Numbered from the stretch's first letter, positions 38,264 to 50,388 are shown. The stretch is DNA of 64,000 nucleotides from an uncultured Bacilli bacterium (GCA_905236715.1 CAJOMQ010000004.1:82900-146899), one strand, 5' to 3'. Numbers and translations: made by a program. Notes: generated from the letters alone by a model not told the origin.

Positions 38264-38722
38264 TTATTGTTCTCTTTTCTTTTTAAAGAAATCTTTTAAT
38301 ATTTTGGAACACTGTTCTTCTAATATTCCGCCTTCAACATTTGGGTGGTGATTAATGTTATTTGCGGAGAACACATCAATCGAGGAACCACAAGCACCAC
38401 CTTTAGGATCATAAGCTCCAAAATATACATTAGCGATACGTGATTGAATAATCGCACCACTACACATGATGCATGGTTCAAGGGTGACATATAAATCACA
38501 ACCAACTAACCGCCAGGAATTTAATTTTTTACATGCTTTTTGCAGCGTTTTTAATTCCGCATGACTGGTGGCGTCATTACTGGATTCTCTTTTGTTATAA
38601 CCACGAGAAATAATTTTGCCATCTTTGACAATGACACATCCAATTGGCACTTCATCAATAGCCAAAGCTTTTTTAGCTTCTTTCAAAGCTTCAAGCATGA
38701 ATTTTTCTTTTTCGTTAATCAT
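38264..38722 (-). CDS. tadA: tRNA-specific adenosine deaminase
   Basis: EVPIGCVIV, HAEL and LEPCIMCSGA are the CDA Zn motifs. I prefer ATG 38722 (MINEKEKFMLEALKEA). The GTG-extended ORF-track start would overlap the SRP RNA. Confidence 0.9.
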   Translation of the reverse strand: MINEKEKFMLEALKEAKKALAIDEVPIGCVIVKDGKIISRGYNKRESSNDATSHAELKTLQKACKKLNSWRLVGCDLYVTLEPCIMCSGAIIQSRIANVYFGAYDPKGGACGSSIDVFSANNINHHPNVEGGILEEQCSKILKDFFKKKREQ

Positions 38723-38731
38723 AGAAACAAA

Positions 38732-38810
38732 CCACCGCACATGAACAAGTTACTTAAGGCTGCTACATTCCTGTCCTGACCTGGTTCGTATTCATTCATC
38801 GCGATGGCGG
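38732..38810 (-). ncRNA. ffs: signal recognition particle RNA, small (4.5S-like) type
   Basis: Minus strand reads CCGCCAUCGCGAUGAAUGAAUACGAACCAGGUCAGGACAGGAAUGUAGCAGCCUUAAGUAACUUGUUCAUGUGCGGUGG. Its domain IV core ACCAGGUCAGG-ACA-GGAA-UGU-AGCAGCC parallels E. coli 4.5S ACCAGGUCAGGUCCGGAAGGAAGCAGCC. The 5' CCGCC and 3' GGUGG ends pair. The ends are approximate. Confidence 0.8.
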
Positions 38811-38814
38811 AGTA

Positions 38815-38843
38815 ATTATAGCATAATTAAGTATTAATTCTAA
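38815..38843 (-). promoter_or_regulatory. putative promoter of ffs
   Basis: On the minus strand, tataat (38815-38820) lies about 5 nt upstream of the predicted RNA 5' end, and ttagaa lies 17 nt further upstream (38838-38843). Confidence 0.45.
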
Positions 38844-38846
38844 ATA

Positions 38847-38873
38847 AGAAAAAAGACCATAAAATGGTCTAGT
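38847..38873 (-). terminator. rho-independent terminator after serS
   Basis: Stem agacca(38854-38859)/tggtct(38865-38870). On the minus strand it is followed by ttttttc. Confidence 0.75.
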
Positions 38874-38886
38874 TTCATAAAATTAA

Positions 38887-40167
38887 TTATTTGACTGGTT
38901 TTAAAACAGTAATGCCACCCATAAATGGGACTAAGACATCTGGCACCTTCACCGAGCCATCTTCTTGTTGATACTGCTCTAAAATAGCGGGGAAAACTCG
39001 AGAAGTCGCTAAGCCTGAGGCATTAAGAGTGTGCACAAAGCGTGTTTTACCGGTCGCTTTATCTCTATAACGGCACATCGTTCTTCTAGCTTGATAATCA
39101 CGAGCATTAGAGGCAGAAGAAACTTCTTTATAAATTCCCATGCTTGGTAAATAGACTTCAATATCATAAGTTCTCGCCATGGAATGAGAAATGTCGCCAG
39201 CGGCTAATTTGGAAATTTGGAAATGTAGTCCAAGCTTCTCTACTAAGGAAGCGGCTTTATTAACTAATTCTTCAAAAGCAGCATCACTATCTTCGGGTTT
39301 GGTATATTGCACCATTTCCACTTTATCAAATTGATAACCACGAATCATGCCACGTTCTTCGGTACGATAACTTCCGGCTTCACGACGATAGCAAGGGGTA
39401 TAAGCGAAGAATTTCTTTGGTAAATCTTCTTCTTTTAAAATTTCATCACGATAAAGGTTTACTAATGCGGTTTCCGCGGTTGGTAAGAGGAATCTTTTTG
39501 GTTCTAAACCATCTAACCAGAACACGTCTTCACGGAATTTAGGGAATTGGCCAGCGCCAAAACCAGATTGTTCATTTAATAAGTGTGGAGGTAAGATAAA
39601 TTCGTAACCATCTTTTAAATGTTCGCTAATAAAGAAATTCAATAAGGCCCATTCTAATCTAGCGCCGAGATTTGTATATACCCAAGCACCACGGCCAGCA
39701 ATCTTCGCGCCACGATCATAATCCACTAATCCTAAAGAAGTAGCTAATTCCATATGATCTTTCATCTTGAAGGAAAATTCTGGTTTTTTACCTACCACTT
39801 TAATGACTTTGTTATTTTCTTTTCCACCACCCACTAAATCATCATCAGGGATATTTGGTAAGCAACTAACAAAATCTTTAATTTTTTGTTCAAGTTGTTT
39901 TAATTCTTCGTCTTTTTGGGCGTTAATTTTATTGATTTCTTTGACTTTTGCAAAGATTTCATTAATATCTCCACCATTTTTACGAACTTGTGGAACGGAA
40001 GCAGATAGTTTATTAATTTCTGCTTTATTAGCTTCTACGACTTGGATAAGAGACTTTCTTTCGGCATCCCATTGTAATAATTCAGTAAAATCAGCATCCC
40101 ATAATTTCTTTTTGAGTGCTTCTTTTACTTTTTCAGGATTTTCACGAATTAGATTAATGTCTAGCAT
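38887..40167 (-). CDS. serS: seryl-tRNA synthetase
   Basis: N-terminal coiled-coil arm, and the class II motifs FRREAGS..RG..R.HQF-like (YRREAGSYRTEERGMIRGYQFDKVE) and GLATSR. Confidence 0.95.
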   Translation of the reverse strand: MLDINLIRENPEKVKEALKKKLWDADFTELLQWDAERKSLIQVVEANKAEINKLSASVPQVRKNGGDINEIFAKVKEINKINAQKDEELKQLEQKIKDFVSCLPNIPDDDLVGGGKENNKVIKVVGKKPEFSFKMKDHMELATSLGLVDYDRGAKIAGRGAWVYTNLGARLEWALLNFFISEHLKDGYEFILPPHLLNEQSGFGAGQFPKFREDVFWLDGLEPKRFLLPTAETALVNLYRDEILKEEDLPKKFFAYTPCYRREAGSYRTEERGMIRGYQFDKVEMVQYTKPEDSDAAFEELVNKAASLVEKLGLHFQISKLAAGDISHSMARTYDIEVYLPSMGIYKEVSSASNARDYQARRTMCRYRDKATGKTRFVHTLNASGLATSRVFPAILEQYQQEDGSVKVPDVLVPFMGGITVLKPVK

Positions 40168-40177
40168 AACTATCCTC

Positions 40178-41206
40178 CTATAATTCTTTTATATTAATTT
40201 GTTGCTGATAAATCCATTTTAATTTTTCACCAGCGTTTTTTAATGAATTTTTTAATACTTCTTGATAAGCTTGCTCGGTTGTTTTCTTTAAATTTCCATC
40301 GAAATAATCTTTGGTCAATGAGGTTAAAGTTTCCGAATAGTCCGCTAAATAGGCAGTCTTACCATCTTCTAATAAACCATCGAAGATTGCGCTTTTGCGG
40401 ACAATTAATTGACACTTCGCGGCCATGGCATCTAATATGGTCACCACACCAGCTTTTTTATAACCCGGTAACATAAATATATCGGCGTTCATTAACGCGC
40501 TACGATATACATCATCGGGAATAATACCTTTGAATTTAACATTCTTGGGTGCGATATCAATTAAGCGACGAACTTTAAATGATTTTGTAATACCCGGAAC
40601 ACTTTCTCTACCAAAATAATAGAACAACACATCTGGGCATTTTTTTGCCGCATTCACAAAGGCTCCTATGCCTTCCATGTTGTTATCGTATTCGCCAATA
40701 GCGACCGCTAGTTTTTTAGAACGATTTTCACCAAAATAACGGTAGAAAATATCTTTTTCGTCGGCTCTAGAGAAATCAAAACGAGCAATATTAACTCCTG
40801 GTAAAGCGATTTGAATATCTGAAGTAACTCCACTATCGATTAAAAAATCTCTGGTGGATGCAGTCGGAACTAAAACTAAATCAGCTTTATTTAAAAATTT
40901 TAGTCCACGTAATTTTAAAGAAGTAACACGATTTCCATCTTTACTCTTATAGTCTAGATAATTAGCCAAAGGATCATCTTCACAATAAAGCGCACTAATA
41001 ATTAATGGAATATCATTTTCAATAGCGTCGTTAGCCTTATTATCATCTTCGATAGATAATAGGTGCATAATATCAAATTTATCAACGATGCTTGTTGTAT
41101 ATTCCACATTAGCCATTTCTAAGGAGCCCTTGATAGACTTTCTTAAACGGGCTCCTTCGAAATCAGGAACTTTGTTATGAGGTTGAAATGTGACCAAAAC
41201 CTTCAT
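40178..41206 (-). CDS. GT4-like glycosyltransferase (second copy, divergent)
   Basis: 342 aa with a GT-B layout. The C-terminal half reads FYYFGRE...FKGIIPDDVYRSALMNADIFMLPGYKKAGVVTILDAMAAKCQLIV. The canonical E-x7-E motif is not obvious. Confidence 0.6.
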   Translation of the reverse strand: MKVLVTFQPHNKVPDFEGARLRKSIKGSLEMANVEYTTSIVDKFDIMHLLSIEDDNKANDAIENDIPLIISALYCEDDPLANYLDYKSKDGNRVTSLKLRGLKFLNKADLVLVPTASTRDFLIDSGVTSDIQIALPGVNIARFDFSRADEKDIFYRYFGENRSKKLAVAIGEYDNNMEGIGAFVNAAKKCPDVLFYYFGRESVPGITKSFKVRRLIDIAPKNVKFKGIIPDDVYRSALMNADIFMLPGYKKAGVVTILDAMAAKCQLIVRKSAIFDGLLEDGKTAYLADYSETLTSLTKDYFDGNLKKTTEQAYQEVLKNSLKNAGEKLKWIYQQQINIKEL

Positions 41207-41211
41207 AAAGA

Positions 41212-43956
41212 TTATTCTTCGGTATTATTTTCTTCGCTTGGAACTTCTTCGGTAGGTTCTTCCGCTGCTACTTCTTCACTATCTTCTTCAAATGGAACAA
41301 TAGCGACAGAAGCAACTTTTTGGCGACCTTCAAGGTTCATAATTTTGACACCTTGAGTATTACGGCCAGTGGTACGAACTTGGTTAAGATGCGTTCTAAT
41401 GACAATGCCAGCGGTTGTAATAACCATGAGGTCTTCATCACCATCAACGGCGCGGACATCCACTAAATGGCCCACTTTTTCACTGGATTTTAATGTGGAA
41501 ACACCTTTAGCGCCACGTTTGGTAACACGGTAGCAAGGTTCACCATCTTCATCGATGAAATTGGTCATTTTGCCATAACCTTTATCGGTAATAACTAAGA
41601 CTTTGCTGCCTTCATATTGCGCGATAACACCAACCGCGTATTCACCTGGATATAATTCAATACCTTTAACACCAGAAGCGCTACGACCCATAGGTCTTAC
41701 TTCGGCGACAGGGAAGTTAGCCATTTTGCCATTACTGGCGGCAATGCCAACTTTCATATCTTCATAATAGGTGCTAATTTCTTCATCTTTTGGATCAGAA
41801 ATAGGAATGATTTCGTGGTCTTTGGTTTCTTCGTCAATCTTTAAAAGATAATATTGTTTATCTTTCATGACTTTGACATCAGGTGTTCTAATAATTTCTT
41901 GGACCTCTTTGACCGCTAATAAAGTATCGCCTTCTCTTAAAGTAATGGCGATCTTACCATTTTGACGAATGGATTCATATTCCGCCATGGGTGTACGTTT
42001 GATAATACCTTCTCTAGTGAAGAACATTAAGAAACGATATGGTAAATAATCATCAACAGCGATAATGGACTTCACATTTTCGCCTTTTTCAATATTGATT
42101 AAATTAATGACAGGGATACCTTTACCAGTTCTTTGGTATTCGGGAATTTGATATCCACGGATACGGTAAACTTTGCCTAAATCAGTAAAGAAGAGGAGAT
42201 CTGTATGGGTTTTTGTATAAACCAACAAATCGACGACATCGTTGTCATTTAAGGAAGCACCACGAACACCACGGCCACCTCTATTTTGGGCACGGAATGT
42301 ATCAGCGGATAATCTCTTCACATAACCACCTTTGGATAATGTGATGACAATGTTCTCTTCTGGAATTAAATCTTCATCATCAATTGTCGCGGCATCGTTA
42401 GAAATTTCGGTTCGACGTTCATCACCAAATCGATCTTTGATTTCTAATAATTCGGAAATAACCACTTCGGTTTCGTTTTCACGAGAAGAAAGGATGTGAT
42501 TATATTCAGCGATGTTCTTTTCTAATTGCACTCTTTCAGCTTCTAATTTTTCGGTTTCGATACCAGTTAATCTTCTTAATGTCATACCTAAAATAGCTTG
42601 GACTTGTGGTTCACTAAATCCATATTTAGACATTAATCTATTGGTAGCGTCATCAGGAGTTTCCGATTCTTTGATAATATCTACGATATCATCAATGTTA
42701 TCGTGACATTTAATCAAACCAATGACGATATGGTCTCTAGCCATATCTTTTTCTAATAAGAATTTGGTTCTTCTTTCAATTACTTCAATTTGGAAATCCA
42801 AATAATGTTGTAATAATTCTTTTAAGGTACAGACATGAGGTGCATTATCCACTAAGCAGAGGTTGATAATACCAAAGCTAGATTGAAGTTGTGTCATTTT
42901 GAATAATTGGTTTAACAAAACTTCAGGAATGGTGTCTCTTCTTACTTCGATAACAACACGTATACCTTCTTTGTTGGATTCATCACGGATATCAGTAATA
43001 CCTTCAATGACCTTATCACGGACTAAACCTGCCATATTTTCAATCATTTGGGCTTTATTTACACCATAAGGTATTTCATCAACAATGATTCTCTTTAAAC
43101 CGTGATCACCACGTTCTTCAATGTGGCATTTACTACGAATAGCAATGGAGCCGGTTCCGGTTTCATAAGCATCTTTAATGCCACCTTTGCCGAGGATAAT
43201 ACCACCACCAGGGAAATCAGGGCCTTTGATATATTCCATTAATCCAACGGCGTCGATATCAGGGTTATGGGCTAAAGCAACAACACCATCGATAACTTCA
43301 CCGAGGTTGTGTGGAGGCATATTGGTGGCCATACCAACAGCAATACCACTAGAACCATTGACTAATAAGTTGGGGAATCTCGATGGTAAAACAACAGGTT
43401 CTTGGTCAACGCCATCATAATTATCCATGAAATCGACCACATTGCAGTCAATACCTTTTACCATTTCTAAGGCTAATTTAGCCATACGGGCTTCGGTGTA
43501 ACGATAAGCAGCGGGTTCGTCACCATCAATACTACCAAAGTTACCATGACCTTCGACGAGGGTATAACGCATGGAGAATGGTTGCGCTAAACGGACTAAA
43601 GCGCCATAAATTGCGGCGTCGCCATGAGGGTGATATTTTCCCATAACATCACCAACGATACGCGCACATTTCTTAAAAGGTTTATCAGGCGTATTGCCCG
43701 TTTCGCTCATGGAATAAACAATACGTCTATGAACTGGTTTCATACCATCTCTGACATCAGGGATAGCACGGGCGACGATAACACTCATCGCATAATCAAG
43801 GAAGGATTGTCTTACTAAGGGAACAGTATCGACATCTTCTAAGCCAGCATCAATACCGGCTTTAAGTTCTTCTTGTTCTTCTTCAGAAACACTTTCTTCT
43901 TCAGATTCTTCTTCAGGTGTTTCTTCTAATTTGATTTCTTCATCTTCGAAAAACAT
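41212..43956 (-). CDS. gyrA: DNA gyrase subunit A
   Basis: [27 protein letters not shown], the active-site [10 protein letters not shown], and C-terminal beta-pinwheel repeats. SD aaaggag. Confidence 0.97.
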   Translation of the reverse strand: MFFEDEEIKLEETPEEESEEESVSEEEQEELKAGIDAGLEDVDTVPLVRQSFLDYAMSVIVARAIPDVRDGMKPVHRRIVYSMSETGNTPDKPFKKCARIVGDVMGKYHPHGDAAIYGALVRLAQPFSMRYTLVEGHGNFGSIDGDEPAAYRYTEARMAKLALEMVKGIDCNVVDFMDNYDGVDQEPVVLPSRFPNLLVNGSSGIAVGMATNMPPHNLGEVIDGVVALAHNPDIDAVGLMEYIKGPDFPGGGIILGKGGIKDAYETGTGSIAIRSKCHIEERGDHGLKRIIVDEIPYGVNKAQMIENMAGLVRDKVIEGITDIRDESNKEGIRVVIEVRRDTIPEVLLNQLFKMTQLQSSFGIINLCLVDNAPHVCTLKELLQHYLDFQIEVIERRTKFLLEKDMARDHIVIGLIKCHDNIDDIVDIIKESETPDDATNRLMSKYGFSEPQVQAILGMTLRRLTGIETEKLEAERVQLEKNIAEYNHILSSRENETEVVISELLEIKDRFGDERRTEISNDAATIDDEDLIPEENIVITLSKGGYVKRLSADTFRAQNRGGRGVRGASLNDNDVVDLLVYTKTHTDLLFFTDLGKVYRIRGYQIPEYQRTGKGIPVINLINIEKGENVKSIIAVDDYLPYRFLMFFTREGIIKRTPMAEYESIRQNGKIAITLREGDTLLAVKEVQEIIRTPDVKVMKDKQYYLLKIDEETKDHEIIPISDPKDEEISTYYEDMKVGIAASNGKMANFPVAEVRPMGRSASGVKGIELYPGEYAVGVIAQYEGSKVLVITDKGYGKMTNFIDEDGEPCYRVTKRGAKGVSTLKSSEKVGHLVDVRAVDGDEDLMVITTAGIVIRTHLNQVRTTGRNTQGVKIMNLEGRQKVASVAIVPFEEDSEEVAAEEPTEEVPSEENNTEE

Positions 43957-43977
43957 ATGTAAAACTCCTTTCTTTTA

Positions 43978-46050
<2,073 letters not shown>

Positions 46051-47118
46051 TTAGAAGACCTCCTTTTGTTTCTTTTTTATTTGGTATTGGCTTGCGCCTT
46101 CTACCTCGAGTCTAGTTGCAGTAATAAATACCTGGTCTAGCTTCTTTAAAAATGTAATTAATCTTTGACGATGGGTTTGATCTAATTCGCTCATCACATC
46201 GTCGAGGACCACGACGGGTCGTTTATCCTTGTCTTCAATTAAGAAGTAAGGACTGAGTTTGAGGGCTAAGGCCACCATACGGTTTTCACCTTGAGAACCG
46301 AATTGGGCGATATCCCTTCCGTTTAGGCTGATAGAGAAGTCTTCTCGGTGGATTCCAATAGTTGTTGCCTTCCTCTTAAAATCATTCTCTTCCGCCTTTT
46401 TAAATGCCTCTTTTGCCCTATTTACAAATTCGGCATCATAATCCACGAACGGTTTGTAGATTATTTCAATAACGGCTTCCTCGCCTGTGAGCGCGCGCGT
46501 TATTTTATTAAGGATATCACTGATATCCTTGACATACATTTGTCGATAATTGACAATCGGACCACTTAATTTTATTAACATTTCGGTGGTCGTCTCTAAT
46601 AAAATGGGGTCTATTTTATCCGCTTTTAAGATTTCATTTCTTTCTTTTAAAACCTTCTCGTAGCGGGATATATAGTCCAAGTAAGGAGAACTTTTCTTTG
46701 ATAAATTAATATCTAAGAAATTTCTTCTTTCTTTCGGAGATCCGCGAAAGAGCATCACGTCTTTCGGTTCAAATAAGACAACATTGAAGCATTTCGCTAA
46801 TTCCGATATTTTGGCAATCGGTTTACCGTTGATGAATACTTGACGGCCATCCTTAGTAAGGATTATTTGGAATTTTCGATTAATTTTTCCTTCTTCAATG
46901 GTAGCGTTGATTTCGGCTTTCTCTTTATTCTTTTGAATTAAGTCGATATCTTCAACACCACGGAAGCTCCTTGCTAGAGATAAATAATAGGTGGCTTCAA
47001 CAACGTTTGTTTTTCCAGCGGCATTGGGACCAGTAATGATATTTAATCCGCGGGAAAATTCATAAGTTAAATAAGTGTGGTTACGGAAGTTTTTCACCGT
47101 GAGGCTTTTAACGATCAT
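46051..47118 (-). CDS. recF: DNA replication/repair protein RecF
   Basis: Walker A is GPNAAGKTNVVEA. An SMC-like signature GSQGENR and Walker B VVVLDDVMSELD are also present. Confidence 0.95.
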   Translation of the reverse strand: MIVKSLTVKNFRNHTYLTYEFSRGLNIITGPNAAGKTNVVEATYYLSLARSFRGVEDIDLIQKNKEKAEINATIEEGKINRKFQIILTKDGRQVFINGKPIAKISELAKCFNVVLFEPKDVMLFRGSPKERRNFLDINLSKKSSPYLDYISRYEKVLKERNEILKADKIDPILLETTTEMLIKLSGPIVNYRQMYVKDISDILNKITRALTGEEAVIEIIYKPFVDYDAEFVNRAKEAFKKAEENDFKRKATTIGIHREDFSISLNGRDIAQFGSQGENRMVALALKLSPYFLIEDKDKRPVVVLDDVMSELDQTHRQRLITFLKKLDQVFITATRLEVEGASQYQIKKKQKEVF

Positions 47119-47120
47119 AA

Positions 47121-47339
47121 TTATTCGATAACAAATGTGTCGTTTAAGACCTCAATTACATCACCGGGATATAATTTACGTCCGCGTCTTTTTTCTTCCT
47201 CTCCATTTACTAAAACCGAGTTTTCTAATAGGAAGGCTTTAGCCGCTCCTCCTGTCGAGATTAGCCCCGCGATCTTCAATAAGATGTTAAGGGTAATAAA
47301 TTGTTCGCCTGGCTTTAAAGAAATGGTATTTTGGTCCAC
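47121..47339 (-). CDS. yaaA: S4-domain RNA-binding protein YaaA
   Basis: 72 aa in the conserved position between dnaN and recF. LVNGEEEKRRGRKLYPGDVIE is an S4-like segment. Confidence 0.85.
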   Translation of the reverse strand: MDQNTISLKPGEQFITLNILLKIAGLISTGGAAKAFLLENSVLVNGEEEKRRGRKLYPGDVIEVLNDTFVIE

Positions 47340-47373
47340 AAAAAATCTCCTTTGTGCTAATTATACATTATAT

Positions 47374-47402
47374 AAATAAAAAAGGGAATAATAATTCCCT
47401 TG
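47374..47402 (-). terminator. rho-independent terminator after dnaN
   Basis: Stem aagggaat(47382-47389)/attccctt(47394-47401) with a 4-nt loop. On the minus strand it is followed by ttttttattt. Confidence 0.75.
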
Positions 47403-47435
47403 ATTTTTATAGTTTTTAAATTGGGGTAAAAAGGC

Positions 47436-48557
47436 CTAATATGTGCGGACTGGAGTGACAATTTGAATAACGGAGTCATCTGAGGCATTTCTTATCACAA
47501 AAGGCTTCATTTCGCCTACAAATGCAAAGGTCACATCTTCCGCATCTAAAGCTTTGACAGCAGCGTTAACAAATTCACTGTTGAAAGAGACTTTAAGACT
47601 TTGTCCTTCATATCTAAAGACATCGATTTTTTCCACAGCGGAACCAACTTGTGAACTCTTAGCTGATATTTCAATACCTTCATCAGACATGGTTAAGTCG
47701 ACAACGTTTTCACGATCCAAAGATAAGATGTTAGCGCGGTCGATAGCCTTCAATAAATCAGAAGCACTGACTTCTAATAAATAGTTTGTAATCCTTGGTA
47801 CAATATTTTTGGTATTTGGATAATCTCCCGCAATTAAACGAGAGGCAATAATACTTCTTCCGACAGTAAATAATGCCTTCTTATCGCTAAAAGCGATACT
47901 TAATGTTTCACATCCTTCTAATAAATGGTCAACTTCCACCATCATTTTGGCAGGAACATTAGCGACGAAATTAACGCCGTCTTCAATCTTAATTTCTTTG
48001 CGAGCCATACGAGCGGAGTCGGTAGCGGTGGCTGTTAATACGCCATTAGAGGCTTCTAAATTCATCGCCGTTAAAATAGGACGTTGTTCTTTCATTGAGG
48101 CCGCAAAAGCGGTTTGTGACACTAAAGCGTCGAAATCTTTTTTAGAGAGAATGATTTCGGTTCCATTTGGTTCTAAATCGATATCTGGATATTCTTCAGC
48201 TTTAACACAATTTAACTTATATTCGGAACGAGAATCACTAATAACCGCGATAGTGGAATCAATTACATCTAAGGTGATTTCTTCTGACTCCATCTTACGT
48301 GCGATTTCAGTAATGATTTTAGAATTAATTAAAGTAGCACCTTCTTTGTAATTTCTGATGATATCAACATCATTTTCTTTATAAGGAACAAGTGTTTTGA
48401 TTGTTAAATCGTAATTAGAGCCAGTAATAAATAAACCGTTCTCATCTAATTCAATCTTTAAATTGGATAAAACCGCTACTGCGACTTTACTTCCTACTGC
48501 TCTGGATGCAGTTAGTAATCCTTTCAGAAATTCTTCACGCTTGATTGTAAATCTCAT
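47436..48557 (-). CDS. dnaN: DNA polymerase III beta sliding clamp
   Basis: 373 aa, MRFTIKREEFLKGL..., with three-domain clamp length and the conserved position after dnaA. Confidence 0.95.
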   Translation of the reverse strand: MRFTIKREEFLKGLLTASRAVGSKVAVAVLSNLKIELDENGLFITGSNYDLTIKTLVPYKENDVDIIRNYKEGATLINSKIITEIARKMESEEITLDVIDSTIAVISDSRSEYKLNCVKAEEYPDIDLEPNGTEIILSKKDFDALVSQTAFAASMKEQRPILTAMNLEASNGVLTATATDSARMARKEIKIEDGVNFVANVPAKMMVEVDHLLEGCETLSIAFSDKKALFTVGRSIIASRLIAGDYPNTKNIVPRITNYLLEVSASDLLKAIDRANILSLDRENVVDLTMSDEGIEISAKSSQVGSAVEKIDVFRYEGQSLKVSFNSEFVNAAVKALDAEDVTFAFVGEMKPFVIRNASDDSVIQIVTPVRTY

Positions 48558-48707
48558 ACTTTATTCCTTTCTTTTTATTATTAAATAATAATATTAATAA
48601 AATGTGTGGATTCGGTGGATAACTTGTGCTTTTCTTATCTTTTCCTATGCCATTTTTTATTCTACCACAGTGACTTGTGAATTGAATATTTATTTTTTAA
48701 ATAAAAT
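48558..48707. other. oriC part II (dnaA-dnaN spacer): tandem DnaA boxes plus TAA-trinucleotide / AT-rich tract
   Basis: tgtggattc (48605-48613, 7/9) and ggtggataa (48614-48622, 8/9) match the complement of TTATCCACA and directly abut each other. To their left lie TAA TAA TAT TAA TAA (48586-48600) and an almost pure A/T run (48571-48603). Confidence 0.7.
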
Positions 48708-50084
48708 CTATTGCCCGCTTAGTCGTTTTTCTAACTCCTCAACAGCGGTTTTTAAAGTCTCATTAGTTTTCAACTCTTTTTCCACCTTAGAGATGGCGGA
48801 CATCACCGTTGTGTGGTCCTTACCACCAAACATGTCACCAATCTTTTTTAGCGAGACATCTAATTTATATCTTATTAAATACATCGCGATATGTCTGGCA
48901 AGAGCAATTTGCCCGGTTCTTATTTTCCCGGTTAATTGAGAAGAGGTTAAATTATAGTAGTCCGCAACGACGTTAATAATCTTTTGTTCACTGAGTTGTG
49001 TTGAGATGGATTTACCACCAACAAGAGACTGAATAGCGTCAATCGCCACATCCATGGTAATTCTTCCTGATTCTTTGTTGGTGATTATATAAAACATTAA
49101 CTTATTTAAAGCGCCCTCTAATTCTCTAATATCCTTAGAAAATTTCTCAGCGAAGAAATATAAAACAGAATCATCAAATCTATCGGGATCAAATCCACTA
49201 GATGATATTTTCTTTCTTAAAATTCTGACGCATGTTTCTTGGTCTGGTTCGTTAATACTCACAGTTAAACCTTTAGAGAATCTTGTTACTAGACGATCTT
49301 CTAATCCTGCTAATTCGGCTGGTTGCTTATCACTTGTGATAACAACTTGTTTGTTACTAGCAATTAATTTATTGTAAATCGCAAAAAACATTTCTTGGGT
49401 AGCGGTTTTATTTGCCATTAACTGCACATCATCTATTAATAAAACATCAATAGTGGTAAAGAAATCTTTCATTGATTCGGCTTCTTGCGAGCCACGGGCA
49501 TATTTGACAAATTCTTCCACGAAATCACTTGCGGAAATATAAAGAATTTTCCAAAGTGGTTTTTCTCTTGCAATATAGTTTCCAATAGCCTGCAGTAAGT
49601 GAGTTTTACCTAAACCAGAATTGGAATAAATAAATAGTGGTTGTGCGAATGTTTTCCCAGGATTTGTAGCGACATATAAAGCGGCTTGAGAAGCTTCTCT
49701 ATTAAAGTCACCAACAATAAAGTTATCGAAGGTTAAATTTTTATTGAGGGATGAATCTTTAAAATATGTCTGTGATTGAACAATATTTGGGGTGCCAACA
49801 TCCGCTCTCGGTTGTTTGAGTTCAGTGGCCATCACATATTTAAAACGATAATTCGTACCGGTTAATTCTTTGATAACATCAGCCACAATGTCGTTATATT
49901 TTGAGGAAATTAAACGACTAGCTAAATTTGAATTAACCACAACGACGATTTCATTATTTGTAATCTCATTTATGTAACTATTATTGAAAAAGGAATCGAA
50001 AATTTGTTTTTCTCCCAGCCTTTCTTCAATTTTTATTAACGCTCTATCCCATAGCTGGGTAATTTCCGATAAAGTCCCAATCAT
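48708..50084 (-). CDS. dnaA: chromosomal replication initiator protein DnaA
   Basis: Walker A is SNSGLGKTHLLQAIGN and Walker B is LLIDDVQ. The domain IV signature is HIAMYLIRYKLDVSLKKIGDMFGGKDHTTVMSA. I prefer ATG 50084 (SD gaggtg) over the GTG at 50090. Confidence 0.97.
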   Translation of the reverse strand: MIGTLSEITQLWDRALIKIEERLGEKQIFDSFFNNSYINEITNNEIVVVVNSNLASRLISSKYNDIVADVIKELTGTNYRFKYVMATELKQPRADVGTPNIVQSQTYFKDSSLNKNLTFDNFIVGDFNREASQAALYVATNPGKTFAQPLFIYSNSGLGKTHLLQAIGNYIAREKPLWKILYISASDFVEEFVKYARGSQEAESMKDFFTTIDVLLIDDVQLMANKTATQEMFFAIYNKLIASNKQVVITSDKQPAELAGLEDRLVTRFSKGLTVSINEPDQETCVRILRKKISSSGFDPDRFDDSVLYFFAEKFSKDIRELEGALNKLMFYIITNKESGRITMDVAIDAIQSLVGGKSISTQLSEQKIINVVADYYNLTSSQLTGKIRTGQIALARHIAMYLIRYKLDVSLKKIGDMFGGKDHTTVMSAISKVEKELKTNETLKTAVEELEKRLSGQ

Positions 50085-50260
50085 ATCCACACCTCAATTA
50101 TGGAAAACATTATAAATTAATCCACATATTTTGCCTATGAATAATTTAAATAAATCTAGTTTTCCACCGAAATTTTTCTATTTACCACCAATTTTAAGGT
50201 AGTTTTCCACACATTTCACAATTTTAACGGTGGAAAATTTTTTCTACTGTGGAAAGGAAA
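50083..50260. other. oriC part I: cluster of DnaA-box-like 9-mers upstream of dnaA
   Basis: atatccaca 50083-50091 (8/9), taatccaca 50118-50126 (8/9), ttttccacc 50160-50168 (7/9), ttttccaca 50203-50211 (8/9), ggtggaaaa 50229-50237 (reverse, 7/9) and tgtggaaag 50248-50256 (reverse, 7/9). All are scored against TTATCCACA. Confidence 0.8.
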
Positions 50261-50323
50261 AACTCACCATGTGTAAATTTTGCTTTGCTCAAAAAATAAT
50301 TTTAAGGTCGATAACAGTATTAT

Positions 50324-50353
50324 TTGACATTTATTTATAAATGCCATTATAAT
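50324..50353 (+). promoter_or_regulatory. putative sigma-70-type promoter of rpmH-rnpA-yidC-jag
   Basis: ttgaca (50324-50329), an 18-nt spacer, then tataat (50348-50353). SD aaggagg lies before ATG 50389. Confidence 0.55.
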
Positions 50354-50388
50354 CTTTAACGCTATGTTATAAGGAGGTACACCTATTT

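Noticed and set aside
40168-40177. Search for a T-box leader upstream of serS, which is common in Firmicutes.
   Set aside because: Only 10 nt separate serS from the preceding GT4 gene, so there is no room for a T-box. serS appears to be co-transcribed with gyrA and the GT4 gene.
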